A stretch of 24,000 bases of DNA from Gammaproteobacteria bacterium (lineage in GTDB: Bacteria; Pseudomonadota; Gammaproteobacteria; Steroidobacterales; Rariloculaceae): the NCBI GenBank assembly GCA_963665575.2, contig CAXXDW010000006.1, positions 836,444-860,443 on the forward strand, given 5' to 3'. The position numbers and the translations under genes are program-made. The number at the start of each line of letters is the position of its first letter. The first letter of the stretch is position 1. Under the pieces are notes generated by a model, which was not told the DNA's origin, did no database searches, and saw only the letters and a list, made by a program, of their open reading frames with translations. Positions 6,906 through 15,320 of this stretch are shown here, one piece after another.

Positions 6906-8276
6906 ATGGAGTGGATCGCCGTCGTAATGTTCGCGACGGTCATCGTCGTGTTGCTCGCGGGTTATCCGGTCGCGTTTTCGCTCGGCGGGACGGCGCTCGG
7001 TTTCGCACTGGCGGGGGTCGCGTTCGGCGGGTTCGAGGCGGCGTTCCTCGGCACGATGCCGAATCGCCTGTTCGGCATCATGAGCAACGAGACGCTCCTT
7101 GCCGTACCGCTCTTCGTATTCATGGGCGTGACGCTCGAGCGGGCGAAAATCGCCGAGAGCCTGCTCGACAGCCTGAGCGCGCTCTTCGGCGGCCTGCGCG
7201 GCGGGCTCGGCATTTCCGTCACCGTCGTCGGGATGCTGCTCGCGGCGAGCACCGGCATCGTCGGGGCGACCGTCGTGACGATGGGGCTCCTGTCGCTGCC
7301 GACGATGCTGCGCCGCGGCTACAGCCCAAGAATCGCGACCGGAACGATCTGCGCCGCCGGCACACTCGGTCAGATCATCCCGCCGTCGATCGTGCTCGTG
7401 CTGCTCGGCGACGTCCTGTCGTCGGCCTATAGCCAGGCCCAGCTCGACCAGGGGATCTTCTCGCCGGATACGGTCTCGGTCGGGGACCTCTTCGTCGGCG
7501 CCGCGGTACCGGGGCTGGCACTCGTTCTGCTCTACGTGCTCTACATCGCCGGCGTTGCGATCTTCAATCCCCCGGCGATGCCGGCCGCCGAGCGCGGTCC
7601 ACAACCTCCGCGCTTCCTTGATCTGATGGGTGCGCTGCTGCCGCCCCTGCTGCTGATCCTGGCCGTGCTCGGCTCGATCATGGCCGGTTTCGCAACGCCG
7701 ACCGAAGCCGCCGGCGTCGGCGCGGTAGGCGCCATCCTGCTTGCGTTACTCAAACGGCAACTCTCGGTAACGAAGCTTCGCGAGGTCATGCAGAGCACGA
7801 TCCGCATCAGCAGCATGGTGTTCCTGATCCTGGTCGGCGCGTCGATGTTCTCGCTCGTGTTTCGGGGCTACGGCGGCGATGCGCTCGTACAGGAATTCCT
7901 GACGGGGTTGCCCGGCGGCGCGTTCGGCGCCGTACTCATCGTGATGCTGCTGATGTTCCTGCTCGGATTCGTGCTCGATTTCATCGAGATCACGTTCGTG
8001 GTCGTGCCGATCGTCGGGCCAATCCTGCTGGCAATGGGACTCGACCCGGTCTGGCTGGGCGTCATGATCGCGATCAACCTGCAGACTTCGTTTCTCACGC
8101 CGCCTTTTGGCTTCGCGCTGTTCTATCTGCGCGGGGTCGCTCCAGAGAGCCTGCACACGGGCGACATCTATCGCGGGGTCATGCCGTTTGTTGCGATCCA
8201 GTTGCTCGCGCTCGGCCTGCTCGCGGCGTTTCCCGAGCTTGCCACGTGGCTGCCCGAGCTCGTCTACGGACGGTAG
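6906..8276 (+). CDS. TRAP transporter large permease subunit (DctM-type)
   Basis: I place the start at ATG 6906 (MEWIAVVMFATVIVVLLAGYPVAFSLGG, a typical DctM-family N-terminus), giving 456 aa with about 12 or more TM segments. The ORF-track extension back to 6648 has low GC3 and overlaps the upstream gene. Stop is TAG 8274-8276. Confidence 0.92.
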   Translation: MEWIAVVMFATVIVVLLAGYPVAFSLGGTALGFALAGVAFGGFEAAFLGTMPNRLFGIMSNETLLAVPLFVFMGVTLERAKIAESLLDSLSALFGGLRGGLGISVTVVGMLLAASTGIVGATVVTMGLLSLPTMLRRGYSPRIATGTICAAGTLGQIIPPSIVLVLLGDVLSSAYSQAQLDQGIFSPDTVSVGDLFVGAAVPGLALVLLYVLYIAGVAIFNPPAMPAAERGPQPPRFLDLMGALLPPLLLILAVLGSIMAGFATPTEAAGVGAVGAILLALLKRQLSVTKLREVMQSTIRISSMVFLILVGASMFSLVFRGYGGDALVQEFLTGLPGGAFGAVLIVMLLMFLLGFVLDFIEITFVVVPIVGPILLAMGLDPVWLGVMIAINLQTSFLTPPFGFALFYLRGVAPESLHTGDIYRGVMPFVAIQLLALGLLAAFPELATWLPELVYGR

Positions 8277-8300
8277 ACGGCGCCGCTCTGCGTCGCAGGA

Positions 8301-8323
8301 CGCCGCAGGGCTTTCTTGCGGCG
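8301..8323. terminator. Candidate bidirectional terminator hairpin between convergent genes
   Basis: cgccgca (8301-8307) pairs with tgcggcg (8317-8323) across the 9-nt loop gggctttct. It sits in the 65-bp gap between the TRAP large permease (+) and the last gene of the cox block (-). There is no clear U-tract. Confidence 0.3.
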
Positions 8324-8341
8324 GGCCGCGACCGTTTGCCG

Positions 8342-8635
8342 CTAATGCGAGTCGGTGTCTTCGGACTGTCGAGTGGCTTCAGGCGCCGAGGAGGCGCGAA
8401 ACCAGCTCAACGCGCCGAGCACCAGCAACGCCAGTGCGACGAGTGCGAACGGCAGCGGCGGTAGCCAGAGGGGTACGTGTTCCATACCGGTCAAATACGG
8501 CGCCAAAGGGCGCGAAAGTAGCCAGGCGACGGGCAGGCCGAGCAGGATTCCGAATCCCAGCAAGGTATTGATCCTCCACAGGCCCGCCCAGAGCAGTGCG
8601 AGAATCGCCATGACGATGAGCCAGCCAAGGAGCAT
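8342..8635 (-). CDS. Small three-helix membrane protein of unknown function; last gene of the cox block
   Basis: ATG at 8635 lies 4 nt after the stop of the preceding subunit-IV gene (TGA 8640-8642). 97 aa, MLLGWLIVMAILALLWAGLW... with three hydrophobic segments. I recognise no family. The ORF-track start at 8722 would overlap the upstream gene. Confidence 0.55.
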   Translation of the reverse strand: MLLGWLIVMAILALLWAGLWRINTLLGFGILLGLPVAWLLSRPLAPYLTGMEHVPLWLPPLPFALVALALLVLGALSWFRASSAPEATRQSEDTDSH

Positions 8636-8639
8636 GGGT

Positions 8640-8981
8640 TCAGTGCTCGAGCCCGGCCGGCGGCAGCGGTTCGGAGAAGAAATCGAGCCGTGTGAGCACC
8701 GTGTAGTCCCCTTCCCAGGCAAGGATGCCGATCAGGAAAATCAACAGCACCGGCGGACCGAGGATGGCCCAGATCAGCGCCAGGCGCTCCCAGGCCATGT
8801 GCATGAAAATCGCCACGATGAAGCCGGCCTTGAGCACCATGAAGAGCATGATCAGGCTTGTTCTCACCAGACCGTCGGGCAGAAAGTCGGTGCCGTAGGA
8901 AAACGCGCTGAACAGGAACAACAGGCCCCAGATCCAGAAATAGATGCTCAGAGGATGTTGTTGCCCTTCCGCCTGTGCCAT
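8640..8981 (-). CDS. Cytochrome c oxidase subunit IV family protein (bacterial small subunit)
   Basis: The start is taken at ATG 8981 (MAQAEGQQHPLSIYFWIWGLLFLFSAFSY), giving 113 aa with three TM helices. Its position after the subunit III genes and its sequence style match prokaryotic CoxD/CtaF-type subunit IV. Confidence 0.8.
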   Translation of the reverse strand: MAQAEGQQHPLSIYFWIWGLLFLFSAFSYGTDFLPDGLVRTSLIMLFMVLKAGFIVAIFMHMAWERLALIWAILGPPVLLIFLIGILAWEGDYTVLTRLDFFSEPLPPAGLEH

Positions 8982-8992
8982 CGATGAACTCC

Positions 8993-9684
8993 CTACCAGA
9001 GGTAGAAAAACGCGAATATGAAGACCCACACGAGGTCGACGAAGTGCCAGTAGAGGCCCGTGATCTCGACGATCTCGTAGTTGCCCCCGCCGCGTTCGTA
9101 GTCGCCGCGCAGAACCTTGAGCGCGACCACGGCCAGGTAGACCACGCCGGCCGAGACGTGCAGGCCGTGAAAGCCGGTGATCATGAAGAACGACGCGCCG
9201 AACTGCGAGGCGCCATGGGGTTTGCCCAGGGCCTCACGCCTTCCTCGATGAGCTTCGTCCATTCGAATGCCTGCATGCCGACGAAGATGGCGCCGAACGC
9301 GGCGGTGACGAACATGAGCGCCGCCGCCCGGTAGCGGTCGCGGCGGTAGCCGTAGTTCACGGCAAGCGCCATCGTGCCGCTCGACGTGATCAGCACGAAG
9401 GTCATGATCGCGATGAGGATCAGCGGGATCGGCTGACCGAATATATTGAGCGCGAAGACTTCGCTCGGATTCGGCCACTCGACCGCCGTGGACATGCGCA
9501 CGTTCATGTAACCGGTCAGGAACGACGTGAAGATGAACGTGTCGCTGAGCAGGAAGATCCACATCATGGCCTTGCCCCAGGGGACGTGAAAGGCCTGTTT
9601 GTCGGTCGCCCAGTCGTCGACGATGCCGCGCCATCCCTCGGGCGGCAATGCGTCTGCGGCGGGGTTCATCCCTTCTTGCGCCAT
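8993..9684 (-). pseudogene. coxC: Cytochrome c oxidase subunit III, reading frame broken by one indel (true pseudogene or sequence error)
   Basis: The N-terminal part (MAQEGMNPAAD...FVGMQAFEWTKLIEEGVRPW) is in the frame of ORF 9181-9891. The C-terminal part (GASQFGASFFMITGFHGLHVSAGV...YWHFVDLVWVFIFAFFYLW) is in the frame of ORF 8993-9634. The switch lies within 9211-9240 (ggccctgggcaaaccccatggcg on the coding strand). Total length is 692 nt, one short of a multiple of three. Confidence 0.85.
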
Positions 9685-9703
9685 TGGAGTCTCGTTCCCA
9701 GCT

Positions 9704-10393
9704 TCAGGTAATCGACAGTTGCGTGAAGAGCCCGAGCCACACCAGCAGCAGGAAGTGCCAGTAGGTCGTGCACAGGCGCACCGTTTGCCGGATCGTGCCT
9801 GCGGCCACGACGTTTTCCGTGTCCAGGCCTCGCCAAACCTGCGCGGCAGTTCGGCCGAGGACGACCAGGCCGCCGACGAGATGCAGGCCATGTATGGCCG
9901 TCAGCAAAATGAAGAATGAGTAGGCCGGATCGCTCACGCCGTACCGGCCGGTGGCCGCCAACTGCTGCCAGGCGAGCAACTGGCCGGCCAGGAACACGAC
10001 GGACAGGACGCCGCCGGCCGTGAACCAGGTTCGCAATGCGCCCAGATCGCCCTTGCGAGCGGCGCCGGTCGCCGTCTGCATGGCGCCGCTGGCCGCGACA
10101 AGCACGAAGGTGTTGAGCCAGAGGATTCCGGGCTCGTCGAGCGGTACCCAACCGACCAGTTCGCCGTGGCCGAAGCCCATGCGCATCAGATACGCGCCGT
10201 TGAAGATCAGGAACAGGCTCGCGACCATGGCCATGAAGACCCAAAGCCCGACCTTGGGCGCCGACGAGGTCAGCCCGTCCTGGCTTCCTTCGATCACGCC
10301 CTGCCGTTCCCAGGGCTTGTCCTTCAGGCGCTGGATCAGTACCCACCAGACCGTGACGCCCAGCACGAGGCCGATGGCGAGTCCGGTCATCAT
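9704..10393 (-). CDS. Cytochrome c oxidase subunit III family protein (second, divergent paralogue)
   Basis: 229 aa starting MMTGLAIGLV at ATG 10393, which overlaps the subunit I stop (ATGA). It has five or more TM helices and a C-terminal FILLTAIHGLHLVGG...TTYWHFLLLVWLGLF signature of the subunit III family. It forms only the last 229 aa of the chimeric 712-aa track ORF. Confidence 0.82.
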   Translation of the reverse strand: MMTGLAIGLVLGVTVWWVLIQRLKDKPWERQGVIEGSQDGLTSSAPKVGLWVFMAMVASLFLIFNGAYLMRMGFGHGELVGWVPLDEPGILWLNTFVLVAASGAMQTATGAARKGDLGALRTWFTAGGVLSVVFLAGQLLAWQQLAATGRYGVSDPAYSFFILLTAIHGLHLVGGLVVLGRTAAQVWRGLDTENVVAAGTIRQTVRLCTTYWHFLLLVWLGLFTQLSIT

Positions 10394-12153
10394 TTGCGGC
10401 TCGCTCCTGCAACCCGGAGGCTTTCTTCGCCCGGCTTGATCGGGTGATTCTGCGGAATGAAGTCCGCTTCGTCGCCCGGTACGCTGTAGTCGTAGGCCCA
10501 GCGATGGACTTCGGGAAGCTTCGGTCCCCAGTTGCCGTGCTTGGGCGGCGTGTCGGGCGTCTGCCATTCGAGCGTCGTCGCGCGCCAGGGGTTGGAGTCG
10601 GCGCGCTTGCCCTTCCAGAGGCTCAGGGCCACGTTGATCAGGAAGATCAGTTGCGCCGTGGCGACCACGATCGCTGCGATCGTGATGCCCTGGTTCACTC
10701 CGAGCGCGGAATCCGGGATGAAGTCGGTCTGGCCATAGTCGTAGTAGCGCCTCGGCATGCCGAGAATGCCGAGATAGTGCATCGGCAGATAGATCGCGTA
10801 GGTGCCGAGGAAGGTCATCCAGAAGTGAATCTTGCCGAGCACGTCGTTGGGCATCCGACCCGTGATCTTCGGGAACCAGTGGTAGATCGCCCCGAACAGC
10901 ACCATGACCGGCGACACGCCCATGACCATGTGGAAATGGCCGATGACGAAGTAGGTGTCCGACAGCGGCAGGTCGACCGTCACATTGCCGAGGAAGAGCC
11001 CCGTCAGGCCGCCGTGGATGAACGTGAATATGAAGCCGGTTGCCCACAGCATCGGCAGGTTCAGATGGATGTCGCCGCGCCAGAGCGTCAGCACCCAGTT
11101 GTAGACCTTGATGGCCGTCGGAACGGCGATGATCAGCGTCGTCGTCGCGAAGAAGAACCCGAAGTACGGATTCATTCCGGACACGTACATGTGGTGCGCC
11201 CAGACCACGAAGCTCAGCGCGCCGATCGCGACGATGGCCCAGATCATCATCCGGTAGCCGAAGATGTTCTTGCGGGCGTGGGTGCTCAGGAGGTCCGAGA
11301 CAATGCCGAAAGCCGGCAGCGCGACGATATAGACTTCCGGGTGACCGAAAAACCAGAAAAGATGCTGGAAGAGGATCGGGCTGCCGCCCGTCGTGTCCGT
11401 CGTCTCGCCGAGCGCCAGGAGCGCCGGCATGAAGAAGCTCGTGCCGATCATCCGGTCGAGTGTCATCATGATGGCGGCGACGAAGAGCGCCGGGAAGGCC
11501 AGCAGACCCAGAATCGTCGCGACGAAAATCCCCCATACCGACAGCGGCATTCGCATGAGCGTCATGCCCCTGCAGCGGGCCTGCAGCACCGTGGTGACGT
11601 AATTGAGGCCGCCCATCGTGAACGCGACGATGAAGATCGCCAGCGACACGAGCATGAGCACGATGCCCCAGTCGGCGCCCGGCGTGCCGTCGAGAATCGC
11701 CTGCGGCGGATACAGCGTCCAGCCGGCGCCCGTCGCACCGCCCGGCACGAAGAAACTCGTGATCAGGACGATGACGGACAACAGGTACACCCAGAAACTC
11801 AGCATGTTCATGTACGGGAAGACCATGTCTCGGGCACCGCACATGAGCGGGATCAGGTAGTTGCCGAATCCGCCGAGGAACAGCGCCGTCAGCAGGTAGA
11901 TCACCATGATCATGCCGTGGGTCGTCACGTACTGGTAATAGTTGTATGGCGTCATGAACGAAAAGACGTCGGGGAAACCGATCTGCAGGCGCATGAGCAA
12001 CGACAGCGCGAGCGCAATGAGACCCACGCCGATCGCGACCACGCCGTACTGGATCGCGATGACCTTGTGGTCCTGGCTCCAGATGTACTTGGTGATGAAC
12101 GTGTCGGGATCGTGCAGGTGATGATCCCGGTCGGCGATTGCTACGTAGGCCAT
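10390..12153 (-). CDS. coxA: Cytochrome c oxidase subunit I (haem-copper oxidase catalytic subunit)
   Basis: 587 aa with diagnostic motifs: GGFGNYLIPLMCGARDMVFPYMN, WTLYPP, WFFGHPEVYIVALPAFG, VWAHHMY and GHFHMVMG. Confidence 0.97.
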   Translation of the reverse strand: MAYVAIADRDHHLHDPDTFITKYIWSQDHKVIAIQYGVVAIGVGLIALALSLLMRLQIGFPDVFSFMTPYNYYQYVTTHGMIMVIYLLTALFLGGFGNYLIPLMCGARDMVFPYMNMLSFWVYLLSVIVLITSFFVPGGATGAGWTLYPPQAILDGTPGADWGIVLMLVSLAIFIVAFTMGGLNYVTTVLQARCRGMTLMRMPLSVWGIFVATILGLLAFPALFVAAIMMTLDRMIGTSFFMPALLALGETTDTTGGSPILFQHLFWFFGHPEVYIVALPAFGIVSDLLSTHARKNIFGYRMMIWAIVAIGALSFVVWAHHMYVSGMNPYFGFFFATTTLIIAVPTAIKVYNWVLTLWRGDIHLNLPMLWATGFIFTFIHGGLTGLFLGNVTVDLPLSDTYFVIGHFHMVMGVSPVMVLFGAIYHWFPKITGRMPNDVLGKIHFWMTFLGTYAIYLPMHYLGILGMPRRYYDYGQTDFIPDSALGVNQGITIAAIVVATAQLIFLINVALSLWKGKRADSNPWRATTLEWQTPDTPPKHGNWGPKLPEVHRWAYDYSVPGDEADFIPQNHPIKPGEESLRVAGASRK

Positions 12154-12204
12154 GTTCCCTGGGTCCTCCTGTCGCTGTTGACGCCTGACGCCGCGCCGCG
12201 CGTT

Positions 12205-13557
12205 CTACAGGGTGTTTATGTAGGCGATGATGTCGTTGATCGCGGCCTCGTCCTTGAGGATGTTCGCCATCATGTACATCTGATCGCCGTATACGTCGGT
12301 CTCGTGGCCGCCGCGTATGCCCTGCTGGAAGTTTTCAAGTTGCCGTGCGAGGTACCAGTCGCTCATTCCGGCCAGGCGCGGTGCATTGGTGCTCCAGATA
12401 CCCTGTGCCTCGGCGCCGTGGCAAAACCCGCAGGTCGTGTAGAGTTTCGCGCCGCGTTCGGCGTCGCCGAAGACCGTCTGCTCGGGGGGCACGTCGGGCA
12501 GCGTCCGGATGTAGGCGATGACGTTCTCGAGCACGGCCTCGCTGGCAAGTATCGTCGCCATCGGCCTCATCTGTAGGCCGAAGATATCGCGCGCGTCGGC
12601 GCCGCGCACGCCGCTGATGTAGTTGGCGATCTGCCGGCGCATGTACCAGTCTTCCTGACCGGCGATCTTCGGCGCGTTCAGCGCCATCAGCCCTTCGCCC
12701 TGGGCGCCGTGGCAGGCCGTGCACACGGCATAGTTGGCGGCGCCCGCGGCGGCGTCGCCGACCGGCCGCGCCAGGGTGTCGGCGAACGTGGGCTGTTGTG
12801 CGAGCCACTGCTCCCAGTCAGCCTGCTCGTCGACGACGACCTTGCCGCGCATCGCGAAGTGACCGATACCGCACAACTCCTCGCAGAGGATTTCGTAGGT
12901 GCCGGTCTGTACCGGTGTGAACCACTGGTAGGTCACCATGCCGGGCACGAGATCCATCTTGATCCGGAACTGCGGTATGGCGAAGTTGTGCAGCACGTCC
13001 GTGGACCGCAAAAGCGCATGCGCGGGCTGGTCGAGCGGCAGGTGCATCACGGGATCGGCGATGAGAATGTCGTCCTGGCCGGCCGGGTCCTCAGGATCCA
13101 TGCCGAAAGGATTGTCGACCGTCATGTGCCTGACTGCGGTGTCGCCGAACTCGCCGTCGTCGCCCGGCAGCCGGTAGCTCCAGTGCCACTGCTTGCCGAG
13201 CGCCTCGAACCTGAGCGCGTTGTCGGGCACCGTGATGAAGTCGCCCCACACGACGAGTCCGGGCGCGAGCATCGCGGCGACGCCAACGGTCGTCACGGCC
13301 GTGAGCCAGATTTCGAGCTTCTTGTTCTCGGGTTCGTAGTGCGCCTTGTGGCCCTTGCGATGGCGGTACTTGATCAGTGCGTAAGCGGAGAACAGGTTGA
13401 TGCCGACGAAGACGATCCCGGTCACCCAGAACGTGACGTCGACCGTGAAATCGATGGTGCTCCAGTTCGATGCGAGCGGGGTGAAGTACCAGGGGCTCAG
13501 GAAATGGAAGAGCAGCGATCCTACGACCAACAGGACGATTACAATGGCCAGCGCCAT
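12205..13557 (-). CDS. coxB: Cytochrome c oxidase subunit II fused to two C-terminal c-type cytochrome domains
   Basis: 450 aa with two N-terminal TM helices. The CuA site is present (DVLHNFAIPQF ... CEELCGIGHFAM). Two CxxCH haem-binding motifs follow (CTACHG, CGFCHG), each with an NAPxxAG...W/Y...Q...F pattern typical of class I c domains. Confidence 0.95.
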   Translation of the reverse strand: MALAIVIVLLVVGSLLFHFLSPWYFTPLASNWSTIDFTVDVTFWVTGIVFVGINLFSAYALIKYRHRKGHKAHYEPENKKLEIWLTAVTTVGVAAMLAPGLVVWGDFITVPDNALRFEALGKQWHWSYRLPGDDGEFGDTAVRHMTVDNPFGMDPEDPAGQDDILIADPVMHLPLDQPAHALLRSTDVLHNFAIPQFRIKMDLVPGMVTYQWFTPVQTGTYEILCEELCGIGHFAMRGKVVVDEQADWEQWLAQQPTFADTLARPVGDAAAGAANYAVCTACHGAQGEGLMALNAPKIAGQEDWYMRRQIANYISGVRGADARDIFGLQMRPMATILASEAVLENVIAYIRTLPDVPPEQTVFGDAERGAKLYTTCGFCHGAEAQGIWSTNAPRLAGMSDWYLARQLENFQQGIRGGHETDVYGDQMYMMANILKDEAAINDIIAYINTL

Positions 13558-13645
13558 ACGTCATGCACCTCGGTTTCGCGCGCTGCGATTCGCGTGGGAC
13601 GGATCGCAGCGAGCTTCGGTTGTACGAGTTTTTCTGTCTGTACTG

Positions 13646-14095
13646 CTATTCGATGATGAACTTGCCGTTCATCAATACGAAGTGGCCCGGGAACGAGCAG
13701 AAGTACGTGTAGTCTCCGCCGGGTTCAAGGCCCGATAAATCGAACGTGATTGCGGTCTGTTCTCCGCCGCCGATGACGTCGGTTGTTGCGATCACACGTT
13801 CGTCGCCCTCCGGGACGTAGTGGGGCGGTCCGGAGGCCTGACCGGCCTGGGCTACTGCCTGCCAGTCGGCGGTTGTTGTCAGTACCCAGTTGTGGCCCAT
13901 GATGTTGGCGGCCAACTGCCCGACGTGAACGAGCGTAAGTGTGACTTCGGTGCAGCTTGAGCTGACGCTGAGTTCGCTCTGGACGAACTGGATCTGGTCG
14001 TTTCCTTCGATCGTGAGGGCGCATTCCTGCCCCAGTGCCGACCCGCAGAACGCAAGCCCTGCGAGTGCGAACAGCGTCAAGTTCCTTCTCATCAA
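13646..14095 (-). CDS. azu: Azurin (type 1 blue copper protein) with signal peptide
   Basis: 149 aa with signal peptide MMRRNLTLFALAGLAFCGSALG. The mature N-terminus QECALTIEGNDQIQF parallels azurin AECSVDIQGNDQMQF. The copper ligands are present (GHNWVL; FCSFPGHFVLM, giving Cys-His-Met). Confidence 0.93.
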   Translation of the reverse strand: MMRRNLTLFALAGLAFCGSALGQECALTIEGNDQIQFVQSELSVSSSCTEVTLTLVHVGQLAANIMGHNWVLTTTADWQAVAQAGQASGPPHYVPEGDERVIATTDVIGGGEQTAITFDLSGLEPGGDYTYFCSFPGHFVLMNGKFIIE

Positions 14096-14142
14096 TCTTC
14101 TCTCGATCGTTTGCGCGGTTGCCCGTATGAAACCGCGGCGGG

Positions 14143-14171
14143 ATTCTACCAGAACACGGTACCGGCGGTAA
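14143..14171 (-). promoter_or_regulatory. Possible sigma70-type promoter for azurin (extended -10)
   Basis: On the minus strand: ttaccg, a 17-nt spacer, then tagaat. The last three spacer bases are tgg, giving an extended -10 (tggtagaat). The -10 maps to 14143-14148 and the -35 to 14166-14171, about 48 nt upstream of the azurin ATG. The -35 is weak (3/6). Confidence 0.3.
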
Positions 14172-14231
14172 TGCTAGCGGCACCGCTCCCGAGGCTGGTT
14201 TTGCAGAGGCTCCTGGCACGCGGCGGAGCGG

Positions 14232-15320
14232 TCAGACGCGCGTCTCCATGAACGCCTGCTCCGAAATCCGCTGCCAGGTCTCGGACTCTTCGAGGAAGGC
14301 CCTGTAGGAGTTCCAGACGCGCGCGACGATGGGGTCGGCGGCGGCGAGTTGCTCGACGACCTCGAGCGTCGCCGCCTTGAGACCGGCGAGCACATCGGGC
14401 GGGAAACTCAGCACCTCGACGGACGGGTCCTCCTCGAGTTGGCGCAGCGCGCCGGCGTTGCGCGCCATGAACTCCGAAGTCATGTCGAGACTCGCCGCCT
14501 GGCAGGCGACGCGGACGATGGCCTTGAGATCGTCCGGCAATTGGTCCCAGGCTTCGCGATTGACGATGCACTCCAGTGCGGGTCCCGGCTCGTGCCAGCC
14601 CGGGTAGTAGTAGTAGCGCGCGGCCTGGTGCAGGCCCATCGCGACATCGTTGTAGGGTCCCACCCACTCGGCCGCGTCGATGGCGCCGGTCTGCAGGGCC
14701 GTAAAGACTTCCGATCCCGGTATGGTGACCGGCGTGGCGCCCACCCGGTTGAGCGCTTCGGCGCCGATTCCCGGGATCCGGATTCGCAAACCGCGCAGGT
14801 CCTCCATGCTGTCGATGCGCTTGTTGAACCAGCCGCCGGTCTGCACGCCGGTATTGCCGGCGGGAATCGGGACGAGACCGAACGGCTCGTAGACTTCGCG
14901 CCACAGTTCCAGGCCGCCGCCGTAATAGAGCCAGCCATTCACTTCGTGAGCGTTCATGCCGAACGGAATCGTGCAGAAGAACTGGGCCGCTTCGGTTTTG
15001 CCGCGCCAGTAGTAGGACGCGCCGTGGCCCATCTCGGTCGATCCCTGCGATACGGTGTCGAAGACCTCGAACGCCGGTACGAGCTCGCCGGCCCCGTAGA
15101 CAGTGATCTGCAGGCGGCCGTTGCTGAGTTCGTCAATGTAACGGGCGAGCGTGTTTACACCCGTTCCGAGTCCCGGAAAGTTCGGCGGCCAGGTCGTGAC
15201 GAGATCCCATCTGAAGCGCTGCTGCGACTCGGTCTGCGTGCCGGCCTGCTCGGATTCGCCGGCGCACCCGGTGAGCGCGGCGGCGCCTGTGAGCCCGGTG
15301 ACGAAGTCTCGACGTTTCAT
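14232..15320 (-). CDS. TRAP transporter solute-binding protein (DctP-type) with twin-arginine/lipobox signal
   Basis: 362 aa. The N-terminus MKRRDFVTGLTGAAALTGC combines an RRxFV Tat motif with a LTGC lipobox. The body matches periplasmic TRAP binding proteins (TTWPPNFPGLG, ASYYWRGK, GGWFNK). Confidence 0.9.
   Translation of the reverse strand: MKRRDFVTGLTGAAALTGCAGESEQAGTQTESQQRFRWDLVTTWPPNFPGLGTGVNTLARYIDELSNGRLQITVYGAGELVPAFEVFDTVSQGSTEMGHGASYYWRGKTEAAQFFCTIPFGMNAHEVNGWLYYGGGLELWREVYEPFGLVPIPAGNTGVQTGGWFNKRIDSMEDLRGLRIRIPGIGAEALNRVGATPVTIPGSEVFTALQTGAIDAAEWVGPYNDVAMGLHQAARYYYYPGWHEPGPALECIVNREAWDQLPDDLKAIVRVACQAASLDMTSEFMARNAGALRQLEEDPSVEVLSFPPDVLAGLKAATLEVVEQLAAADPIVARVWNSYRAFLEESETWQRISEQAFMETRV

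Noticed and set aside
9704-11842. 712-aa minus-strand ORF.
   Set aside because: It is chimeric. Only its last 229 aa (from MMTGLAIG at 10393) form a real subunit-III-like protein. The upstream part is an off-frame read-through of coxA.
10444-12576. 710-aa plus-strand ORF across the cox region.
   Set aside because: It is antisense to coxA/coxB, highly charged (D/E/R/H-rich), and has no membrane or domain logic. The minus-strand genes carry unambiguous oxidase motifs.
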